A DNA stretch of 64,000 bases from an uncultured Cytophagales bacterium (GTDB taxonomy: Bacteria > Bacteroidota > Bacteroidia > Cytophagales > Cyclobacteriaceae). The position numbers and the translations under genes were made by a program. The stretch lies in contig CAVOVH010000002.1 of NCBI GenBank assembly GCA_963699805.1, forward strand, positions 118,220 to 182,219, read 5' to 3'. Of this stretch, positions 60,236 to 64,000 are shown one piece after another (the first letter of the stretch is position 1; each line of letters opens with the position of its first letter). The notes beneath the pieces were generated by a model, which worked only from the letters and a program-made list of their open reading frames with translations, was not told the origin of the DNA and did no database searches.

Positions 60236-61624
60236 TTAAAAATTATATTTTGAGTCAATGATTCCTAATGCTTTTTCCAGTTCTATCTTGGCGATCAATG
60301 CGTCGTACAATGCATTGAAATAATTGGTTTGTGCCGATTTAAAGGCATTATCTGCTTCAATTACTTCCAGGTTAGATCCAACTCCCTCCTGGTATTTTAT
60401 TTTTGTATGGTCATAAACTTCCTGGGCCAGGTTCATGTTTTTTTCCTGGTTTTCCAATTCTTTCAGACCGGAAAGCAGATTATTCCTCTTTTCTGAAACT
60501 TCCAAGGTTATATTTTTCTCAAGCATCAATCGCTGCAGGTTAAGTTGCTTGATCTTCAGTTTATTTTGCTGGATCTTTTTCGATTTCATGAGTCCATCAA
60601 AAACCGGAATGTAAAAGGAAAGTCCCGTCAACTGGTAATCAGGCCATACTTGCCGGTTCCCCCATTCCACCAGGGAGCTGGCCTTTAGCACTCCGGCATT
60701 CATACCCCAGCTAGCTACCAGGTCGATTTGCGGAAGATACTGTACCTTGTTGTTTTTCATATCAAGGTTTTGCAGCTCAAGGTTGGTTTGTAAAAGTGAA
60801 TATTCAATTCTCCTGTTAAAACTGGTTTCCAATTCCAGAATATCTTCGGTGGTAAGATTCAGATCAGACAATCTTTCGGTGATCTCCACTTTCTGGTCAA
60901 TGGGGAGCCCTATCTGGAATTTCAGAAGATTTTCACTGATCTCGATCATTCGCTCCACATTCGAAACCTGTGTGGAAATATTATTGAATTCAACCTGTGT
61001 ACGATTCAGATCAATTTTTTCAGCAAATCCATTTTCATACATGACCCGGGTTTCTTGCAACAGGGTATCCAGCCGGTTGTAGTTATCGAGTACGAGATCC
61101 TGGGCCACCTTGTTAACGAGCACGGTATAATAGGCTTTTATAACCCCCTCGATCACATCGATTTTTTCCCGGACCAGTTCCTTCCGCGAAAGGTCTGTGA
61201 AGGTTTTTGCAGCCTTTAAACCTACGAAATAGGAGCCATCAAATACCATCTGAGAAAGATTCACACCGATCATACCATCATAGGGCGTCCCGAACTGGAG
61301 TTCTATTACTTCTCCCTCTGGAGCACTTGGATCAAAAATATTGGCAGGAACGAATGTTTTTCTGATGATAAAATTTTTGTTAAAGGAAGCCGAAATATCC
61401 ACTTGAGGAAATCCGGCGGAAAGGTATTCGCCGGTGAGTGCTTTTTGGGCATCTATCTCAATATTGGCAATCTGGATATTTTCATTCTTTTCAAGGGCGA
61501 TCTGGATGCATTTATCCAACGTCAGCAGGATGACCGGCTCGGGATCCCCTTGAGCAGATGAATGATTCCCATTCAAAATCAGGAACAGGATGGGAAGTAT
61601 GAAAAATTTGGTAACAACGCTCAT
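60236..61624 (-). CDS. TolC-family outer-membrane efflux channel
   Basis: 462 aa with a signal peptide and two OEP repeats. Its start overlaps the TetR stop (ATGA). Confidence 0.88.
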   Translation of the reverse strand: MSVVTKFFILPILFLILNGNHSSAQGDPEPVILLTLDKCIQIALEKNENIQIANIEIDAQKALTGEYLSAGFPQVDISASFNKNFIIRKTFVPANIFDPSAPEGEVIELQFGTPYDGMIGVNLSQMVFDGSYFVGLKAAKTFTDLSRKELVREKIDVIEGVIKAYYTVLVNKVAQDLVLDNYNRLDTLLQETRVMYENGFAEKIDLNRTQVEFNNISTQVSNVERMIEISENLLKFQIGLPIDQKVEITERLSDLNLTTEDILELETSFNRRIEYSLLQTNLELQNLDMKNNKVQYLPQIDLVASWGMNAGVLKASSLVEWGNRQVWPDYQLTGLSFYIPVFDGLMKSKKIQQNKLKIKQLNLQRLMLEKNITLEVSEKRNNLLSGLKELENQEKNMNLAQEVYDHTKIKYQEGVGSNLEVIEADNAFKSAQTNYFNALYDALIAKIELEKALGIIDSKYNF

Positions 61625-62238
61625 TGTTGTATATGATTTTTAATATAATTATTCATTAAAATATTTCCTTTTTCAGTCAGGATCCCATGAATGAAATGAT
61701 CGAATAACTGTATCTGTACTTGCCGGAAATCATATTTATCAGGAGGAAAAATGTTGCCATCTGCCACCATTTCCAGGATTTCAAATCGAAACGTGATCAA
61801 TATCTCAGGGTCAATATTTCCCCTGAAATACCCCTGGTCGATCCCTTCCTTTAAGGTTTCGATCATACTTTTTGAAAAAATATTTTTTTTATAGGCTTGA
61901 AATAATTGCCAGGCATCCTTATGATACTTTTTCAGATCGAAAATGACAACGGAATTCATTTTTTCAAAGGATTTCCGAAGAAACAGAGAATGCCTGTATA
62001 ATTTATCAATGGCATTCTCAGCATTGATCTGTACCTCTTCAAAATTCCTTCTTTCATTTTCCAGATAGGCTTTCGCCACTTTGTTAACGATCTCATTTTT
62101 ATCATGGAAATATTGGTACACCGTTTTCTTGGAAATACCCAATGACCTGGAAATATCATCCATGGTAACACTTTTAATCCCGTATTTCATGAACAAAATA
62201 GAGGCTTCCTGTATGATGATGTTGGCTATATCTTCCAT
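61621..62238 (-). CDS. TetR/AcrR-family transcriptional regulator
   Basis: N-terminal HTH: VTMDDISRSLGISKKTVYQYFHDKNEI. Confidence 0.88.
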   Translation of the reverse strand: MEDIANIIIQEASILFMKYGIKSVTMDDISRSLGISKKTVYQYFHDKNEIVNKVAKAYLENERRNFEEVQINAENAIDKLYRHSLFLRKSFEKMNSVVIFDLKKYHKDAWQLFQAYKKNIFSKSMIETLKEGIDQGYFRGNIDPEILITFRFEILEMVADGNIFPPDKYDFRQVQIQLFDHFIHGILTEKGNILMNNYIKNHIQQ

Positions 62239-62248
62239 GTAAACTCTG

Positions 62249-62274
62249 GAAACTGAAATATTTTATAAAGTTTC
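62249..62274. promoter_or_regulatory. Inverted repeat, candidate TetR operator
   Basis: GAAACT-N14-AGTTTC, located 11-36 nt upstream of the tetR ATG. Confidence 0.25.
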
Positions 62275-62462
62275 TATAGTATACTCCACTCAATAAAAAA
62301 TGTTTGGGTTCTACCAAAAAAAATTTGATTTTTTAGGTGATCGGCAAAATGTATGTATATTCGGTGTAGTAACATGATGAAAAATGGCTTGATTTTCAGG
62401 TCGTAGGGCCAGGATCATATACGAATTATATCCATCCTGGTTTTAAAAATCCTATTAATTAA

Positions 62463-63284
62463 ATGTTAATTTCAGGCGTGGAAAAGGAACGGAAGTATTT
62501 AAATACATTCAGGCTGCACGTATCCAGGTATGGTCGTGGGAATCAAGCCATTCTTGCATTCCATGGTTTTGGGCAGGAGGGATCCGTTTACCAGGTATTT
62601 GAAAAGATCGTCAATCCGATCTACCAGATACATGCTTTCGATCTGCCCTTTCACGGGAAGAGTAAGATGTCATTGTTGGAAGATGGAGTTGGTAGGAAGG
62701 CACTCAGGGATTTTTTTGAAGATTATTTTCAATCGAATGATATTTCTTCCTTCATTCTGATGGGATACAGCATCGGTGCAAAATTCACTTTGAACCTGGT
62801 CAATTTCTTTCCCGAAAGGATCAATCGCCTCATTTTAATTGCCCCTGATGGATTACGGATTAATTTCTGGTACAGTCTGGCTACCGGCTCGTTCCTATCA
62901 AGAAAGATTTTCAGATATTTCATGCAGCATCCGGCTATGTTTCTGAAATTTGCCGACCTGCTGACCTTCCTCAAACTGATCCATCCTTCGGTAGGCCGTT
63001 TTGCCAAAAGTCAGATGTCGGTCGATCAGAACCGACGCCTGATCTATGATTCCTGGGTCAATTACAGGACTTTGAACCTGGATATCAAGGAATTGGGTCA
63101 GGTGATCGATCGTTTTAAGATCCCGGCAGAAATTTTCCTTGGGGAAAAAGACCGGGTGATCAGCGTCGATGCAGTCAGACCCCTGATACGGGAATTTCAT
63201 CATATCCGGGTACATATACTGCCGGTCGGTCATTCACGTCTTATTGAGGATACGGCGGAATATTATGAAAAGGAGGGGTTTTGA
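62463..63284 (+). CDS. Alpha/beta-fold hydrolase
   Basis: 273 aa. HGFGQEG oxyanion region and the nucleophile elbow GYSIGA. Confidence 0.75.
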   Translation: MLISGVEKERKYLNTFRLHVSRYGRGNQAILAFHGFGQEGSVYQVFEKIVNPIYQIHAFDLPFHGKSKMSLLEDGVGRKALRDFFEDYFQSNDISSFILMGYSIGAKFTLNLVNFFPERINRLILIAPDGLRINFWYSLATGSFLSRKIFRYFMQHPAMFLKFADLLTFLKLIHPSVGRFAKSQMSVDQNRRLIYDSWVNYRTLNLDIKELGQVIDRFKIPAEIFLGEKDRVISVDAVRPLIREFHHIRVHILPVGHSRLIEDTAEYYEKEGF

Positions 63285-63395
63285 GAAAGAAGATATTGAG
63301 TTTATTATGTATATTGAGTTATTCAGGGTGAGTTTCTACTTGAATTCTTGTGATAAGTGATATGAGATTTTTAAATTCAGGGAAATTTACCAGCT

Positions 63396-63761
63396 ATGTA
63401 TTTTTTAGAGGATTTGGAGGTTTGGAATATTTCCAGAGAATTCAGAAAGAAGATATCTTTTCTGGTGAAAACTCTGCCTGGTGAAGAGAAGTTTAGATTG
63501 TCAGATCAATTAATTAGATCTTCAAGATCAGTTACTGCCAATATAGCCGAAGGATTTGGAAGATATCATTATCAGGAAAACATCCAATTCTGCAGGCAAT
63601 CCAGAGGTTCTCTACTGGAAACTTTAGATCACCTGTATATTGCTTTAGATGAAAAATACATTGATATGGATGAGTTTTTAGATCTTAAAGGGGATTTATT
63701 ATTGTGTTTAAAAGTACTAAATGGATATGTTTATTATCTAAAAACTAAAAAGAAAGAATAA
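63396..63761 (+). CDS. Four-helix-bundle protein (23S rRNA intervening-sequence protein / Avd family)
   Basis: 121 aa. Contains RSSRSVTANIAEGFGRYHYQENIQFCRQSRGSLLETLDHL, which is characteristic of the family. Confidence 0.85.
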   Translation: MYFLEDLEVWNISREFRKKISFLVKTLPGEEKFRLSDQLIRSSRSVTANIAEGFGRYHYQENIQFCRQSRGSLLETLDHLYIALDEKYIDMDEFLDLKGDLLLCLKVLNGYVYYLKTKKKE

Positions 63762-63782
63762 ACTTTTTTTAGGAGGAGACTG

Positions 63783-63853
63783 TAGCAGGTTCACATAGCA
63801 GGTTCAGACAATTTAATCACCAAATAACCCAATAACCAAATAACCAAATAACC
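63783..63853. repeat. Short direct and tandem repeats in the intergenic region
   Basis: TAGCAGGTTCA occurs twice (63783-63793 and 63796-63806). The 8-mer [A/C]AATAACC occurs 4x in tandem (63822-63853). Confidence 0.7.
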
Positions 63854-63884
63854 TATTCACCAAAATAAACCATTCCTTTTCCCA

Positions 63885-64000
63885 ATGCTGAAAAATCATA
63901 TTTATCTGCTGTTATTATTTTCGCTGACACCATCACTTGCCCAGCAGACTCGCATGTATTATCAGGACGGGTCGCTGAAGGCGGAAGGGAATCTGGAGCA
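63885..64000 (+). CDS. Partial secreted protein, possibly MORN-variant/YwqK-like repeat protein (5' end only)
   Basis: ATG 63885 gives MLKNHIYLLLLFSLTPSLAQQ (signal), then TRMYYQDGSLKAEGNLE, which resembles the YwqK/MORN-variant repeat. The ORF runs off the window. Confidence 0.4.
   Translation, partial: MLKNHIYLLLLFSLTPSLAQQTRMYYQDGSLKAEGNLE

Noticed and set aside
63396-63761. The four-helix-bundle (23S rRNA IVS / Avd-family) protein as a marker of a diversity-generating retroelement.
   Set aside because: Avd belongs to this family, but I see no reverse transcriptase and no TR/VR repeat pair in the window. The downstream gene starts with a signal peptide and is not an RT. Stand-alone copies of this family are common in Bacteroidota. 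An RT beyond base 64000 cannot be excluded.
1-64000. A search for CRISPR arrays, IS elements/transposases, prophage genes, toxin-antitoxin pairs and known defence systems.
   Set aside because: I found no regularly spaced direct repeats, no transposase, integrase or recombinase-like ORFs, and no gene pairs with the hallmark domains. The only repeats are the short ones reported above and the coding repeats at 15480-16995.

Overview
This 64-kb chromosomal segment looks like a Bacteroidota genome. Supporting signs are moderate GC (roughly 40% by eye), the conserved nusB-YtxH-DUF1573-yajC-YbbR-coaE block, a PorQ/PorV-like barrel, a fused E1 alpha/beta dehydrogenase and a TTTG-N19-TAnnTTTG promoter. 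I count about 55 protein genes and one tRNA-His. I found no rRNA, CRISPR array, transposase, integrase, phage genes or recognisable defence system. All family calls come from motifs I recognise by eye, not from database searches.

Gene content, left to right:
- a partial sulfatase, a DnaQ-GIY-YIG nuclease and an SRAP-like protein;
- an ArsR(BigR/SqrR-like)-TauE-persulfide dioxygenase/rhodanese-rhodanese-rhodanese sulfide-stress operon;
- a heavily frameshifted clpC;
- WbqC, an M16 peptidase and the E1 alpha/beta fusion;
- a very unusual 848-aa tandem-repeat protein;
- gcvP, an M28 peptidase, a DEAD-box helicase, pyrC and tRNA-His;
- a REC-adenylate cyclase, then the coaE...nusB block and Leu dehydrogenase;
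- an ABC exporter, followed by a four-gene outer-membrane operon that includes a ComEA-like HhH/beta-barrel fusion;
- a methyltransferase, a MetZ-like enzyme, OsmC, a rhodanese and an FtsX permease;
- a PhoD gene with an in-frame TAA;
- glycosylasparaginase, MATE, a GH2-like hydrolase and a B3/4 protein;
- two orphan AT-rich genes and a metallophosphoesterase;
- a TetR-TolC-MFP-RND efflux operon, an alpha/beta hydrolase, a four-helix-bundle (IVS/Avd-family) protein and a partial YwqK-like gene.

Most of the window is ordinary housekeeping, and I do not see a clear-cut novel multi-gene system. The items most worth a second look are:
1. the repeat protein (14796-17339);
2. the HhH-barrel outer-membrane operon (34401-39137);
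3. the indel-riddled clpC (7985-10602);
4. the palindromic operator that exactly fills the promoter spacer of the sulfide operon;
5. an SRAP homologue lacking its catalytic Cys2.
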